Positions 12,364 through 22,928 of a DNA stretch of 64,000 nt are shown one piece after another; within the stretch, counting starts at the first letter, position 1; the number at the start of each line of letters is the position of its first letter. The position numbers and the translations under genes are program-made. The notes beneath the pieces are model-generated. The model had not been told where the DNA came from. It ran no database searches and saw nothing but the letters and a program-made list of their open reading frames with translations. Origin of the DNA: Thermodesulfobacteriota bacterium (GTDB lineage: Bacteria > Desulfobacterota_D > UBA1144 > Nemesobacterales > Mycalebacteriaceae); assembly GCA_965205855.1 (NCBI GenBank), contig OZ242184.1, forward strand, positions 822,570-886,569. The letters are read 5' to 3'.

Positions 12364-14661
12364 CTACAAAGAAGCACCTATTGAGAAGTGAAGTTGCATT
12401 TTTTCCTCGAAAGGCTCTCTGTCAATCGGATATCCGAACTCAATTTTAATCAGTCCCAAAGGTGAACGCCACCAGAAACCATAACCATAGTCCTGACGCA
12501 AATCAGAAGGGTTGGTTGAGAACTGGGATCCCCTGTCGGAGTCAAAAACATTTCCTATATCATAAAACAAAACTCCAAATAAACCAAGAGGCTCAAAAAG
12601 TGGAATAACCAGATCGGTTTTTCCATATATTCTTTCTGTTCCTCCAAGAGAGGAATTGCCGACGGACAGGTCCCTGTAGTCAAAACCCCGTAGGTTGGAA
12701 GGGCCTCCGAGAAAAAGCCTTTCATCAATTGCGTGGGAGTTACTCTCTCCCCGAATAAAGACTCTGCTGTATCCGATTTTCACCGAGAGAAAGGAACCTC
12801 TTAAAAGCGGAATCCATGCATGGTTCTCAAATGCCAGTTTGCTTAAATCCGTATCTCCTCCAAAAGGGCCGGAGTGCTCATATAAAAGACTTGTCCTGTA
12901 TCCGCTTCTGGGAAACTGGTAGTTGTCCCTTTTGTCCCAATTGATGTCCGCGCCCACAGCGCTTAGTATTCCCCTTGAATCCATAATGTTGGCTTCAACA
13001 GCACGTGGCGAAGGGTTTGTTATCTCAAGATTTTCCCACCTGTAGTAGACTCGCCCCCAGAGATTTTGGTAAAGAGACCTGCCGATTCCAATCGTGGAAC
13101 CCGTGGATTTGGTGTCATAATCCACATAGTCTCTTTCTATTCGGGAGAGAGAAATATCAAAACTCCAATTTGTGTCAAGGAAGTTTCTGTCAGCATACCG
13201 GAAGCTGTAACTATCCGTTATGCCGCCGAAACTGGCGCTCGCCGAAACTGTCTTGCCATAACCGAAGAGGTTTGCCTCTTGGACTGAGCCGAAAAATATG
13301 AAGTCTTCAATTGAGCTTACGCCAGCGCCGAGATTAAACTGAGCTGTTGAAGACTCTCTTATTGAAATATTCACATCCAGTTCGTCCGGATTTTGTTTTG
13401 ACACCTCGGTTGAAACCTGAGTTGCTTCGGAGTCAAAAAATCCAATGCGTCCCACCAGAGGTTTTATTAAAGAAAGGTCGCCGGACCTGTAAATATCCCC
13501 TTCCGCAAATGGGAGCTGCCTTCTTATAACCTTGTCCACAGTCTTGTCATTGCCATCAATATTTAACCTGCCAAAGTAAAAAATCTTTCCTTTTTCAACG
13601 GTAAAAGTTATAAAAACGCCCGGTTTGCCGTCACCTGTTAACTGCTTTTTCAGCGAGGGTTCAACATTGACGTTCGCGTATCCCTGATTTGAATAAACCG
13701 AAGTGAGAATACTTATATCGGAAGTGAGCTTGCCGTTTCCATACGGCTTGCCTTCTTTCAGATTAAGAGTGTAGAAAATTTTGTCTTTATTTACTTCAGG
13801 CGGCGCTTCCATTCCCTCAAGAGAAACTCCCGCCACAAAATACTGCTGTCCTTCGGAGACTTTGAATGACACTTCATAGGAATTTTCTTCCAGATTGCGC
13901 TTCAATTTGGGAGCCGAAACCTGAACGTCAAGATAACCCTCGTTCAAATATATGAACTTTATACGCTCCAAATCCCGCTGAACTTCCTCTTTTACAAAAA
14001 GTCCTTTTTGTCCCAAACTGTAAAAACGGCGCGGCGAACTGAAAATACTTTTCTTTATCTTCTTTGTCTTGATTTTATTGTTGCCCTCAATTTTCACCGA
14101 AGAGATGGTTTCTCTTTGGCCCTCTTCTATATTGTATGAAACACTTATTCCGCCACCCGCTTCGGGCTCTATATCGTAGGAAGCTTGTGCATTGCTGTAA
14201 CCTTTTGTGGTATAGAGACGGGCAATATTATCCAGTTGGTCGTGAAGTTTTCCCGTTCCGGTTATCTGGTTTCCCTCAATTTCCAGAACTTCTTTAATCT
14301 CTTCGTCTTTAATCTTCTTGTTGCCGTTAATGGAGAAATCAACAAGAACCGGGTTCTCTTTGACAATATAAATCAGCTCCACTCCTGATGCGGAAACTAC
14401 TTTCTCAACGGTGACATCGTAAAAATTCCCCGTTGAGTATATTTTTTTTATATCTTCGGCAGTTTTAGATTCATCGTATGTCGCTCCGACTTTCTGAGAG
14501 GCAAGAAGTTCCACGGATTCCTTTGAAACCCTCCTGTTACCTTCAATTCTGATCTTTGATACTTCGGCGGCCTCGGCAAAAGAGGAGATTCCCACGGCGA
14601 AAAATACTGAAAGTAAAACAAAAAAAGGAAACAGTTTTCCCCTTCCGTTACCGTTAAGCAT
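12364..14661 (-). CDS. bamA: outer-membrane protein assembly factor BamA
   Basis: 765 aa with a signal peptide, repeated POTRA-like segments (IRIEGNRRVSKESVE..., VKIEGNNKIKTKKI...) and a C-terminal beta-barrel ending ..GLIKIEFGYPI...HFSIGASL. Confidence 0.9.
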   Translation of the reverse strand: MLNGNGRGKLFPFFVLLSVFFAVGISSFAEAAEVSKIRIEGNRRVSKESVELLASQKVGATYDESKTAEDIKKIYSTGNFYDVTVEKVVSASGVELIYIVKENPVLVDFSINGNKKIKDEEIKEVLEIEGNQITGTGKLHDQLDNIARLYTTKGYSNAQASYDIEPEAGGGISVSYNIEEGQRETISSVKIEGNNKIKTKKIKKSIFSSPRRFYSLGQKGLFVKEEVQRDLERIKFIYLNEGYLDVQVSAPKLKRNLEENSYEVSFKVSEGQQYFVAGVSLEGMEAPPEVNKDKIFYTLNLKEGKPYGNGKLTSDISILTSVYSNQGYANVNVEPSLKKQLTGDGKPGVFITFTVEKGKIFYFGRLNIDGNDKTVDKVIRRQLPFAEGDIYRSGDLSLIKPLVGRIGFFDSEATQVSTEVSKQNPDELDVNISIRESSTAQFNLGAGVSSIEDFIFFGSVQEANLFGYGKTVSASASFGGITDSYSFRYADRNFLDTNWSFDISLSRIERDYVDYDTKSTGSTIGIGRSLYQNLWGRVYYRWENLEITNPSPRAVEANIMDSRGILSAVGADINWDKRDNYQFPRSGYRTSLLYEHSGPFGGDTDLSKLAFENHAWIPLLRGSFLSVKIGYSRVFIRGESNSHAIDERLFLGGPSNLRGFDYRDLSVGNSSLGGTERIYGKTDLVIPLFEPLGLFGVLFYDIGNVFDSDRGSQFSTNPSDLRQDYGYGFWWRSPLGLIKIEFGYPIDREPFEEKMQLHFSIGASL

Positions 14662-15334
14662 TCGCCAGCCTCCCTTCGCGAATAACTACAGTTCTATCAA
14701 ACCTTTTAGAAATCTCCCTGCTGTGGGTGGCCACAACAAAGGTTGTGTTGAGATTCTCTTTCATTTGTAGCATCACATCAGCGACAAGCATTGAAGTTTT
14801 CGGGTCCAGATTTCCCGTTGGCTCATCGGCGAGAACAATCTCCGGCTCCATGACAAGGGCACGGGCAATGGCAACCCTTTGCTGCTGCCCCGAGGAAAGT
14901 TCATCGGGAAATCTTTGGAGATAGTCCCGGAGCCCCATCTGGCAAAGCAACTTTTCCGACCTTGAATAAGCCTCCGATTTTTTCATTCCGGAAATCAAAC
15001 AAGGAAGGCTCGCATTCTCAAGAGATGTAAATCCGCTGAGTAAATTATGAGATTGAAAAACAAACCCCATTTTACGCCTTACTTTTGTATTGAGATGTTT
15101 ATTCGAAGCGGAGTTATATTTTTCGCCTTTAAAAAAAACTTCCCCATCGGTTGGACATTCCAACGCGCCCAGCATATTAAGAAAGGTGGTTTTTCCCGAA
15201 CCGGATTTGCCGTTTATTGAAACACTCTCTCCGTTCTTAACCGTAAGGCTGATTCCATCAACGGCTTTAACGCCACTTCCGTCCCACTGAGTATACTCTT
15301 TTTCCAATTTTTTTGCTTCAATCAGTATGTTCAT
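14654..15334 (-). CDS. lolD: lipoprotein-releasing/MacB-type ABC transporter ATP-binding protein
   Basis: Walker A GKSGSGKTT, ABC signature LSGGQQQRVAIARAL, Walker B ILADEPTGNLD. The start at MNILIEAKKLEKEY overlaps the lolC stop (ATGA). Confidence 0.8.
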   Translation of the reverse strand: MNILIEAKKLEKEYTQWDGSGVKAVDGISLTVKNGESVSINGKSGSGKTTFLNMLGALECPTDGEVFFKGEKYNSASNKHLNTKVRRKMGFVFQSHNLLSGFTSLENASLPCLISGMKKSEAYSRSEKLLCQMGLRDYLQRFPDELSSGQQQRVAIARALVMEPEIVLADEPTGNLDPKTSMLVADVMLQMKENLNTTFVVATHSREISKRFDRTVVIREGRLANA

Positions 15335-16587
15335 TGGGCTTTCAACTTTGCGGCAATATTGTCTCCGCTTGCGCAATAGGCCGGATATACGGCGGCAAGC
15401 ACACAAAACAGCTGGCTTGCCGTGCCAACAAGCAAAAAGTAGAAAGGTTCTATAATAACAGGAAATTTTGATATTCCATAGACTTCCGGGTCAAACGGAA
15501 TCAAACTCGTCACGGTCGCGCTGGTTGCAAGCAGATAACAGACGGCAAAAGACCCTACCGTTCCCAGCAAAGTGCCTGTAAATCCTAGGGAAGCACCGAT
15601 TAGAAGAAAGATGTTTCCGACTTGTTTCCCCGATGCTCCAGCGGCTCGTAGTATGGCTATTTCTCTACTTTTTTCAACCATCATCATCAATAGAACGCTC
15701 ATAATGCTGAGAGAGGCTACGACGACAATGAAACTCAGAAAAATCGTAAGCCCGAGCTTTTCCAGGCGGAGCGCGGAAAACAGCTTGCGGTTGGCCTCCT
15801 GCCAGCTTTGAGCGACAAAGGGAAATCCGAGCGTTTCCTCGAGTTCCCGCGCCACCAATTCTGATTGTAGCGGGTCTTCTATTTCCACTTCAAAAGACTC
15901 CGGCCCCGATTTTTGGAAAAGCTCAATTGCATCCGGAAGATTCATATAGGAAACCACCGAATCATAGTGCGCCATTCCGTAACTGAAAATTGCCGCTACT
16001 TCAAAGGGTTGTGTTTTGGGTCTTTTTTGTAAAGTCTTCTTTTTGTCGGGAGCAAATAGGAGAGTAACCATATCGCCCCGGGAAACACCAAGCGACTCCG
16101 CCAGGCCGCGCCCGATAACTATCGGGGCGCGCGAAGAACGGGAAGATTGAGCGAGAATGGAAAAAACATCCGTATCGCCGTCAGGACTCTCTTCGGTTTC
16201 CGGGGAAATGGAGGAAAAAGTTTTCTTATATGAAGCCGCATTCACTCCGCTTACGGTTGTTCCTTGAGAGCTATATTCCGATACAAGCAACCCTGTTCCG
16301 TAAATAACAGGAGAGACTTTTTTGACTCCGGGAAAAAAAGTTATTTTTTTCTCAATGCGAGCGTAATCCTCAATGCTTCCTTCATAACTTGAAACAAGAA
16401 CATGGGCGGAAGCGCCAAGAATGGTTTTCCGGAGTTCGGTCTGAAACCCGGACATCACAGCAAGAACAACGTTCAAAGAGAAAACTCCAGCGCTGATTCC
16501 GAGAACGGAAATCAGAGATGTAGAAAATATGGCGCGGGTTTTTCTTTGCAACCACAGATATCTAAACGCAACAAGAAACTCAAACAT
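15331..16587 (-). CDS. lolC: LolC/LolE-family (FtsX-like) ABC permease
   Basis: N-terminus FEFLVAFRYLWLQRKTRAIFSTSLISVLGISAGV, a large periplasmic loop and C-terminal TM helices typical of LolC/E and MacB permeases. Confidence 0.75.
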   Translation of the reverse strand: MFEFLVAFRYLWLQRKTRAIFSTSLISVLGISAGVFSLNVVLAVMSGFQTELRKTILGASAHVLVSSYEGSIEDYARIEKKITFFPGVKKVSPVIYGTGLLVSEYSSQGTTVSGVNAASYKKTFSSISPETEESPDGDTDVFSILAQSSRSSRAPIVIGRGLAESLGVSRGDMVTLLFAPDKKKTLQKRPKTQPFEVAAIFSYGMAHYDSVVSYMNLPDAIELFQKSGPESFEVEIEDPLQSELVARELEETLGFPFVAQSWQEANRKLFSALRLEKLGLTIFLSFIVVVASLSIMSVLLMMMVEKSREIAILRAAGASGKQVGNIFLLIGASLGFTGTLLGTVGSFAVCYLLATSATVTSLIPFDPEVYGISKFPVIIEPFYFLLVGTASQLFCVLAAVYPAYCASGDNIAAKLKAQ

Positions 16588-18072
16588 CTAATCTTTCATA
16601 TGAGGGAAAAATAGCACTTCCCTTATGGACTGAGAATTAGAAAGAAGCATAACAAGCCGGTCTATGCCTATCCCGGCTCCAGCAGTCGGAGGCATACCGT
16701 GTTCAAGTGCAACAACAAAGTCTTGATCAATACCGTGAGATTCGTCGTCTCCTCTTTCTTTCATCTCCGCCTGAGACGAAAACCTTTTCCTCTGTTCTTC
16801 TGGATCATTCAACTCTGAAAAGGCATTTGCTATCTCCCAGCCGTTCACATAAAGCTCAAACCTGTCCGTCATTTCCGAATCAGAATCAGAAGCTCTCGCA
16901 AGAGGGGATACGTCAAGCGGAAAACCGAAAACAAACGCAGGGTCTTTGATTTTGGAGGCAAAGGATTGCTCAAAAATTCCAGTCAGCGCTTTCCCTTTTA
17001 TTTTCCCATGCCCAACCCCCAGAGCGTCCGCTTCCTTGAAAAGAAAAGAGCTGTCCGAAAAAATCCTTTCACCGTATTTCTCTTTCAGGGAATCATAGAT
17101 GCTAATTCTTTTCCAGGGAGTTGAAAAATCTATCTTGCCGTCATCGAAATCCACCTTCGCGCAACCCTTGGCGTCAATCACAAAAGAAAACACCATTGCT
17201 TCTATCAAATCCATCATATCTTTGTAGTCAGCGTATGCCTGATAAAACTCAATCATTGTAAATTCGGGATTGTGGCGCGTGGAAACACCTTCATTTCTGA
17301 AAACTCTTCCTATTTCATAAACCTTTTCCAGCCCGCCGACTACAAGTCTTTTCAAGTAAAGTTCCGGCGCTATTCTGAGAAAAAGGTCAATATCAAGTGC
17401 GTTATGATGAGTGGTAAACGGACGTGCCGCCGCACCGCCGGCAATGTGATGAAGTATTGGGGTTTCAACCTCAAGAAACCCTTTTGCGTCAAGGAAACGC
17501 CTTATGAAGCTTATACACGAGGAACGCAGACGAAAGATGTCTCTGACTTTTGGATTTGCTATCATGTCCAGATAACGTTTTCTGAAACGCGTTTCAACCT
17601 GCTGAAGACCGTGCCATTTTTCAGGAAGCGGGCGGAGTGTTTTTGTAAGCATCACAACATTTTCCGCCTTTACGGTTAATTCGCCGGTTTTTGTTTTAAA
17701 AAGACTTCCCTCAATCCCGACAAAGTCACCCGAATCCAAGTACTTACCAACAATGTTAAAGCTGTCTTGGCCGGTTTCTTTTTTGTTCGCGTAGCATTGG
17801 ATTTTCGCGTCGGAGTCTGAGATATCAAAGAACACGGCCCTGCCGAAGCTTCTCTTTGACATAACTCTTCCCGCAATTGAAAAAGCCGGAACAGATACAA
17901 GCTCATCATCTGTTTTTTCACGCACCTGCGACAGAATTTCGGAGATCGCAACCGAAGGTTTGAAGCTGTTTGAATAAGGGTTTAAACCACTGGCGCGAAG
18001 TTGTGAGGTTTTCTCTTTTCTAAGAGTGTATTCGTCATTTTCGCTACTGACACCCGGCGGTTTTGTGCTCAT
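16588..18072 (-). CDS. lysS: lysine--tRNA ligase (class II)
   Basis: Class II motifs [36 protein letters not shown] and [11 protein letters not shown]. Confidence 0.92.
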   Translation of the reverse strand: MSTKPPGVSSENDEYTLRKEKTSQLRASGLNPYSNSFKPSVAISEILSQVREKTDDELVSVPAFSIAGRVMSKRSFGRAVFFDISDSDAKIQCYANKKETGQDSFNIVGKYLDSGDFVGIEGSLFKTKTGELTVKAENVVMLTKTLRPLPEKWHGLQQVETRFRKRYLDMIANPKVRDIFRLRSSCISFIRRFLDAKGFLEVETPILHHIAGGAAARPFTTHHNALDIDLFLRIAPELYLKRLVVGGLEKVYEIGRVFRNEGVSTRHNPEFTMIEFYQAYADYKDMMDLIEAMVFSFVIDAKGCAKVDFDDGKIDFSTPWKRISIYDSLKEKYGERIFSDSSFLFKEADALGVGHGKIKGKALTGIFEQSFASKIKDPAFVFGFPLDVSPLARASDSDSEMTDRFELYVNGWEIANAFSELNDPEEQRKRFSSQAEMKERGDDESHGIDQDFVVALEHGMPPTAGAGIGIDRLVMLLSNSQSIREVLFFPHMKD

Positions 18073-18119
18073 TTGTTATCTCCGGAAAGAATTAAAGCAA
18101 GAGTCAGGACAGTATACTT

Positions 18120-19325
18120 TTACAAATCTGCTTTAACAAGACGGAAGCGACCAAACCCATACGCATAAAGAAAAACTAACAAACCGACCAGAGAAACAGC
18201 GGCAAGAGCCATGTACATACTAAAATAACCAAATTCCTGAGAGAGAATCCCCGATGCGAAAGTTCCCAACATCCCGCCGCAAGTAAAAGAAACGCTGCAC
18301 AAAGCAAAAACTTTTGCCCTTGCCTCTTTTCCAGACTTTTCCATCGCGAGCAGATACAGAGACGGATAAGTAAAGCCGTGTGATACTCCAAAAAAGGCTC
18401 CCGCCGCCGCAACAAGGAGAGAAGACTGTGAAAACCCGAGAAGCAGAACAGACAAAAATGACAAAAACAAAAACGGCGGGCAGACGTATTTTATTCCATA
18501 CTTATCCGGTATCCATCCCAGAAAAATTCTGACAGTCAAAACTGCGGCGGTAAAACAGACAAAAAACAGATAAAATTCCTCAACTCCAACCGAACGCGCA
18601 GAAAGAGAAACAAATGAAAATTGTGAAAGAAAAACCCATCCTGATATGAAAAGCGTTACGGCTGCCACCGCAAGAGACTTTGGCAACAAAGGGAACAGCC
18701 CCGAACCGTTGTTGTGTGTGTCAGAGATTTTGGAATTCTCCGGTAGATTTTTTGACTCTCTTACAAACAGAGACAGAAAAGTCCCGATAAAAGACACGGC
18801 GGCGACAAAAATAAAAAGCGCTGAAAACCCGTCCGAATCAACAATGATTTTGCCGGCATATGGCGCAACGGCGTAGCCGAGAATTGTGAACATACCGTAT
18901 ATTCCCATCGCCTGAACCTTTTTACCCTCCGGAGTTATCTCCGTAATAAGAGTGCCTGCAGATGTAAAAAAAAGGGAAAAAGCCGCTCCTTGCAAGATTC
19001 TGAGCGCATAGATTTTCCAGCCAAGAGATTGAAGAAAAACAAATCCCGTACAAGCAAGAAAAAGAGCGGCAAAACCTATAATAATAAAGATTTTCCTCCG
19101 GTATTTGTCCGCCAGAATTCCGGACAGCGGAGTTAAAAAAAGTATGCCAACCCCGGAAAACCCCATTATAAAACCGACATCGGAATAGCTTCCCCCAAGT
19201 TCCTCTATTCGTAAAGGAAGGAGCAAAAAGGAATGAAAAACAAAAAAGAAAAGAGCACTCAAAAGGGTTGGAACAACAAAGTCAAATGTGAAAAAAAACG
19301 AATGTGAAAGGGTTTTGAGACTCAT
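18120..19325 (-). CDS. MFS transporter
   Basis: ~12 predicted TM helices and the MFS-like loop GILADKYRRK. Confidence 0.6.
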   Translation of the reverse strand: MSLKTLSHSFFFTFDFVVPTLLSALFFFVFHSFLLLPLRIEELGGSYSDVGFIMGFSGVGILFLTPLSGILADKYRRKIFIIIGFAALFLACTGFVFLQSLGWKIYALRILQGAAFSLFFTSAGTLITEITPEGKKVQAMGIYGMFTILGYAVAPYAGKIIVDSDGFSALFIFVAAVSFIGTFLSLFVRESKNLPENSKISDTHNNGSGLFPLLPKSLAVAAVTLFISGWVFLSQFSFVSLSARSVGVEEFYLFFVCFTAAVLTVRIFLGWIPDKYGIKYVCPPFLFLSFLSVLLLGFSQSSLLVAAAGAFFGVSHGFTYPSLYLLAMEKSGKEARAKVFALCSVSFTCGGMLGTFASGILSQEFGYFSMYMALAAVSLVGLLVFLYAYGFGRFRLVKADL

Positions 19326-19347
19326 TGAAAGAAAGATTCCCCCATGC

Positions 19348-20625
19348 TCATAAAGCCGAGAATTTTATTCGGCCCGCAACCACTGTGTGCTTTACCGCAC
19401 CTTTCATATTCCATCCTCCAAACGGGGAGTTTTTCCCTTTTGAGTGAAAAGAACCGGTATCCAAAACGTATTCTTTCTTGGGGTCAAATATAACAATATC
19501 CGCAGGCGTGCCGGGCCGGAGCGTTCCTCCTCCGGTGTTTAGTATGGAAGCCGGAACGGTCGCCATTTTTGATATCATTTCGGAAAGACTTAAAACCCCT
19601 TCCCCCACAAGACGCAGGCAAAGAGGAAGAGCGGTTTCAAGACCGACTATTCCGAACGGAGCTCTGTCAAACTCAACATTTTTTTCATCATATGAATGAG
19701 GCGCATGGTCGGTTGCAATAGCGTCTATTGTTCCGTCCGCGAGCCCTTCTTTAATTGCCTCAATATCTTTTTCGGTCGATAGCGGAGGGTTCATTTTGGC
19801 ATTTGTATTGTAGCCCTCCACCGCCTTATCCGACAGCGTAAAGTGGTGCGGCGTAGCTTCCGCCGTTACCTTGACGCCGTTTTTCTTCGCCTGCCTTATG
19901 GCCGAGACCGAACCTGAGGTTGAAACATGGGCTATATGGAGCGGCGTGCCCGTCATAGCACACAAAATTATGTCCCGTGAGACGCATATTTCCTCCGAGG
20001 CGGAGGGAATTCCCTTGAGTCCCATCATGTTTGACACATACCCTTCATTCATAACGCCGCCGTCGGAGAGAGAAATCTCTTCACAGTGGGATATGACCGG
20101 TATGCCAAACGGTTTCGCGTATTCCATGGCGCGTCTCATAACCCCGGAATCCGAAACGGGCATTCCGTCATCGGAAATTGCCACACAACCGGACTCGCAC
20201 ATTTCCCCTATGTTTGCTATTGACTCCCCTTTTTCACCCTTCGTAATCGCGCCAATTGGAAATACCCGCGCCATACCCTCGGTTCGAGCTTTCATAAGTA
20301 TGTATTCGGTAACGGTCGCGTTATCGTTTACAGGTTCGGTATTCGGCATACACGCGACGGAGGTAAACCCTCCAGCAACAGCACTTTTTGTGCCGGTTTT
20401 TATGGTTTCTTTGTGCTCAAAGCCGGGTTCGCGCAAGTGAACGTGCATATCAACAAAACCCGGAGCCACAACCAGCCCGCACGCGTCTATCACCTTAACG
20501 CCGGGAATTTTATCCGCAGATGGAGGAGGTTTTGATATTTTGCCCTTTTCAACAAAGAGACTCCCTTTTTTGTCGGTTCCAACCGAAGGGTCAACTATTC
20601 TGCCGCCTTTGATGAGGAACTTCAT
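19348..20625 (-). CDS. pyrC: dihydroorotase
   Basis: PGFVDMHVHLREPG metal-binding motif and TDHAPH. The likely start MKFLIKGGRIVDP sits just after the pyrB stop. Confidence 0.88.
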   Translation of the reverse strand: MKFLIKGGRIVDPSVGTDKKGSLFVEKGKISKPPPSADKIPGVKVIDACGLVVAPGFVDMHVHLREPGFEHKETIKTGTKSAVAGGFTSVACMPNTEPVNDNATVTEYILMKARTEGMARVFPIGAITKGEKGESIANIGEMCESGCVAISDDGMPVSDSGVMRRAMEYAKPFGIPVISHCEEISLSDGGVMNEGYVSNMMGLKGIPSASEEICVSRDIILCAMTGTPLHIAHVSTSGSVSAIRQAKKNGVKVTAEATPHHFTLSDKAVEGYNTNAKMNPPLSTEKDIEAIKEGLADGTIDAIATDHAPHSYDEKNVEFDRAPFGIVGLETALPLCLRLVGEGVLSLSEMISKMATVPASILNTGGGTLRPGTPADIVIFDPKKEYVLDTGSFHSKGKNSPFGGWNMKGAVKHTVVAGRIKFSAL

Positions 20626-21578
20626 TTTTGTGTTTTTCCCGCCTTCTTTCTTGAACATAAAAGATACAAAATTGCCATCCTGACCGATATGCCGTTAGCA
20701 ACCTGATTGAGTATCATTGAACCCGGTCCGTAGGCAATTTCCGAAGTCATCTCAATTGTCCTGTTCAGGGGCCCCGGATGCATAACCGTCAACCCCGAAG
20801 ACGCAAGTTTTACACGCTCTTCGGTAAGTCCGAAAAATTTAAAATACTCTCTGAGCGACGGGAAGTAGCGTTTGCTGTTTCTTTCCGTCTGAACCCTGAG
20901 CATTATCACCACATCCACACCGGGCAAGGCGTCTTCCATTGAATGGTAAATCTGAACCCCAAGTTTGGAGAAATGCTCAGGCACCAGGGAGCATGGACCC
21001 ACAATTCCAACGTGCGCGCCCAGTTTCAAAAGAGCGCGCATATCCGACCGCGCGACCCTGCTGTTTAAAATATCACCCGCTATAAGAACTTTAAGGCCCT
21101 CTATGCGCCCTTTCGCCTGTTTTATTGTCAGAAGGTCAAGAAGAGCCTGACTCGGATGCTCGTTTGAACCGTCTCCGGCGTTGACTATTGATATGTCCGT
21201 TTGTTTCGCAAGCAGACTCGGAGCTCCGGACATTGGATGCCTGATTATTATCGCCTCGGCTCCCATTGCTTCAAGATTTTTTACGGTGTCCAGAAGGTTT
21301 TCACCTTTTGCAATACTGCTCTGCGAGACGCTGAAGTTGAGAATATCGGCACTAAGCCTTTTTTCAGCGATTTCAAAAGACGCTTTTGTGCGGGTGCTGG
21401 GTTCAAAAAAAAGGTTTGCGATTGTAATGCCCTTGAGAGCCGGAACCTTTTTGATTTTTCTGTCAGTAGCTTCCTTCATTGAAGAAGCCGTTTCAAGAAT
21501 CAGATTTATATCTTCCTTTGTAAGATCCGAGATTCCTATCAAATCTTTTTTTTCAAACTCTTTCATGCCATTTTTCAC
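20622..21578 (-). CDS. pyrB: aspartate carbamoyltransferase catalytic subunit
   Basis: STRTK carbamoyl-phosphate motif (FFEPSTRTKASFE) and HPMSGAPS. Confidence 0.9.
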   Translation of the reverse strand: MKNGMKEFEKKDLIGISDLTKEDINLILETASSMKEATDRKIKKVPALKGITIANLFFEPSTRTKASFEIAEKRLSADILNFSVSQSSIAKGENLLDTVKNLEAMGAEAIIIRHPMSGAPSLLAKQTDISIVNAGDGSNEHPSQALLDLLTIKQAKGRIEGLKVLIAGDILNSRVARSDMRALLKLGAHVGIVGPCSLVPEHFSKLGVQIYHSMEDALPGVDVVIMLRVQTERNSKRYFPSLREYFKFFGLTEERVKLASSGLTVMHPGPLNRTIEMTSEIAYGPGSMILNQVANGISVRMAILYLLCSRKKAGKTQK

Positions 21579-22150
21579 AAGCGCCCTTTTCCCCGTAGAA
21601 AAACCCCTTCCTCCGCTTCATTCCTCCCGCCGTTCATAACAAGAACAACTCTGCGGTTTTTCCCCGCTTTGACCTTGAGGGCACAATAGTCCGGATGTAT
21701 GGGAAATTCCCTGTTCCCTATGTCCGCAATAACGGCAAGCGCAATACGGTCGGGCCTTCCGTAGTCTGTTACAGCTTCAATAGCCGCGCGTGCCGTTCTT
21801 CCCGTAAAAATAACATCATCCACGACCAGAACATTCATCCCTTCAACACTGAAAGGCATCTCGGTCTCTTTCACTTCAGGCCATTTCCGCCCACCGTGTC
21901 CGAGGTCGTCTCTGTAGAGCGTTATATCAAGAAAACCCAGAGGCACGGGCTTTCCCGTTATTTTAGACAAAAAAACCGCCATCCGCCGCGCGATAGCCTC
22001 TCCCATTGTTTTGATACCGACAATGCAAATTCCATTTGCGGTCTTCCAATCCATATCGCTTGCCACACGGCGCGATATATCCATTATTGAATCATTCAGG
22101 GCACGCGCGTCCATAAGTGTTTCTACGGTTTTGCCTGCTTGTCTGCCCAT
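21575..22150 (-). CDS. pyrR: bifunctional pyr operon regulator / uracil phosphoribosyltransferase PyrR
   Basis: PRTase motif VLVVDDVIFTGRTARAAIEA. The start is taken at the internal M (MGRQAGKT...) because the longer ORF runs 120 nt into lepB. The start codon overlaps the lepB stop (TAATG). Confidence 0.8.
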   Translation of the reverse strand: MGRQAGKTVETLMDARALNDSIMDISRRVASDMDWKTANGICIVGIKTMGEAIARRMAVFLSKITGKPVPLGFLDITLYRDDLGHGGRKWPEVKETEMPFSVEGMNVLVVDDVIFTGRTARAAIEAVTDYGRPDRIALAVIADIGNREFPIHPDYCALKVKAGKNRRVVLVMNGGRNEAEEGVFLRGKGRL

Positions 22151-22896
22151 TATCTGATCTCCGAAAAAATCCTCTTCCACCTGACTTGAGGAATCAGGGA
22201 GTCTTTGAATTGCCATGACCAGTGTATCATCACAGCTTTGCCGACAACATTCTTTCCGGCAATTACTCCCCACACACGGCTGTCATGGCTGTTGTCGCGG
22301 TTGTCTCCCATAAGAAAAATGTGTCCTTCGGGCACCTTTAAAGGATATGAAATATCCCCTTTGTATGTTGAGTAACGACCTTTTTTGTACAGTATGTTGA
22401 CGTTGTTATTTCCAAATCTCTGCACATATCTTTCCATCAGAGTGTCTTTATCTCCCGGATAGGGTCCTGCGTAAGTTTGCAAAACTTCATTTCCGTTAAT
22501 AAGAATACTCCTTCCGCGTATCTGAACCGTGTCCCCGCCAACAGCAACCACTCTTTTTATAAAATAATTTTTTCCTGCGTTGTCCGAAGTCCCCAGTTTT
22601 CTTTTAAAGACCACAACATCTCCCCTGTCAATCGCCGTTGTGCCGAAAAGAAACGTATCGGAGAAAGGAATCCTGACCCCGTAGGAGAATTTTTTCACAA
22701 TTATGTAATCACCGATAAGAAGAGTCGGCTTCATTGAAGATGAGGGAATTTTAAAGGGTTGAACAATAAAAGCGCGGACGAAAAAAGCAAGAAAAAGAGC
22801 CAGAAGAACGGATTCCAGATTTTGTCTTAACGGTATCTTGGAAGATCCGCTCCTTTTGCCGAGAAAAAAGTTAAACATTGAAAACGGTTGCGTCAA
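22150..22896 (-). CDS. lepB: signal peptidase I
   Basis: Motifs PSSSMKPTLLIGDYIIVKKF and GDNRDNSHDSRVWG (catalytic Ser/Lys boxes). Confidence 0.9.
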   Translation of the reverse strand: MTQPFSMFNFFLGKRSGSSKIPLRQNLESVLLALFLAFFVRAFIVQPFKIPSSSMKPTLLIGDYIIVKKFSYGVRIPFSDTFLFGTTAIDRGDVVVFKRKLGTSDNAGKNYFIKRVVAVGGDTVQIRGRSILINGNEVLQTYAGPYPGDKDTLMERYVQRFGNNNVNILYKKGRYSTYKGDISYPLKVPEGHIFLMGDNRDNSHDSRVWGVIAGKNVVGKAVMIHWSWQFKDSLIPQVRWKRIFSEIR

Positions 22897-22928
22897 ACCT
22901 GAGTCCTATTATAGACACGTGAGCAAAA

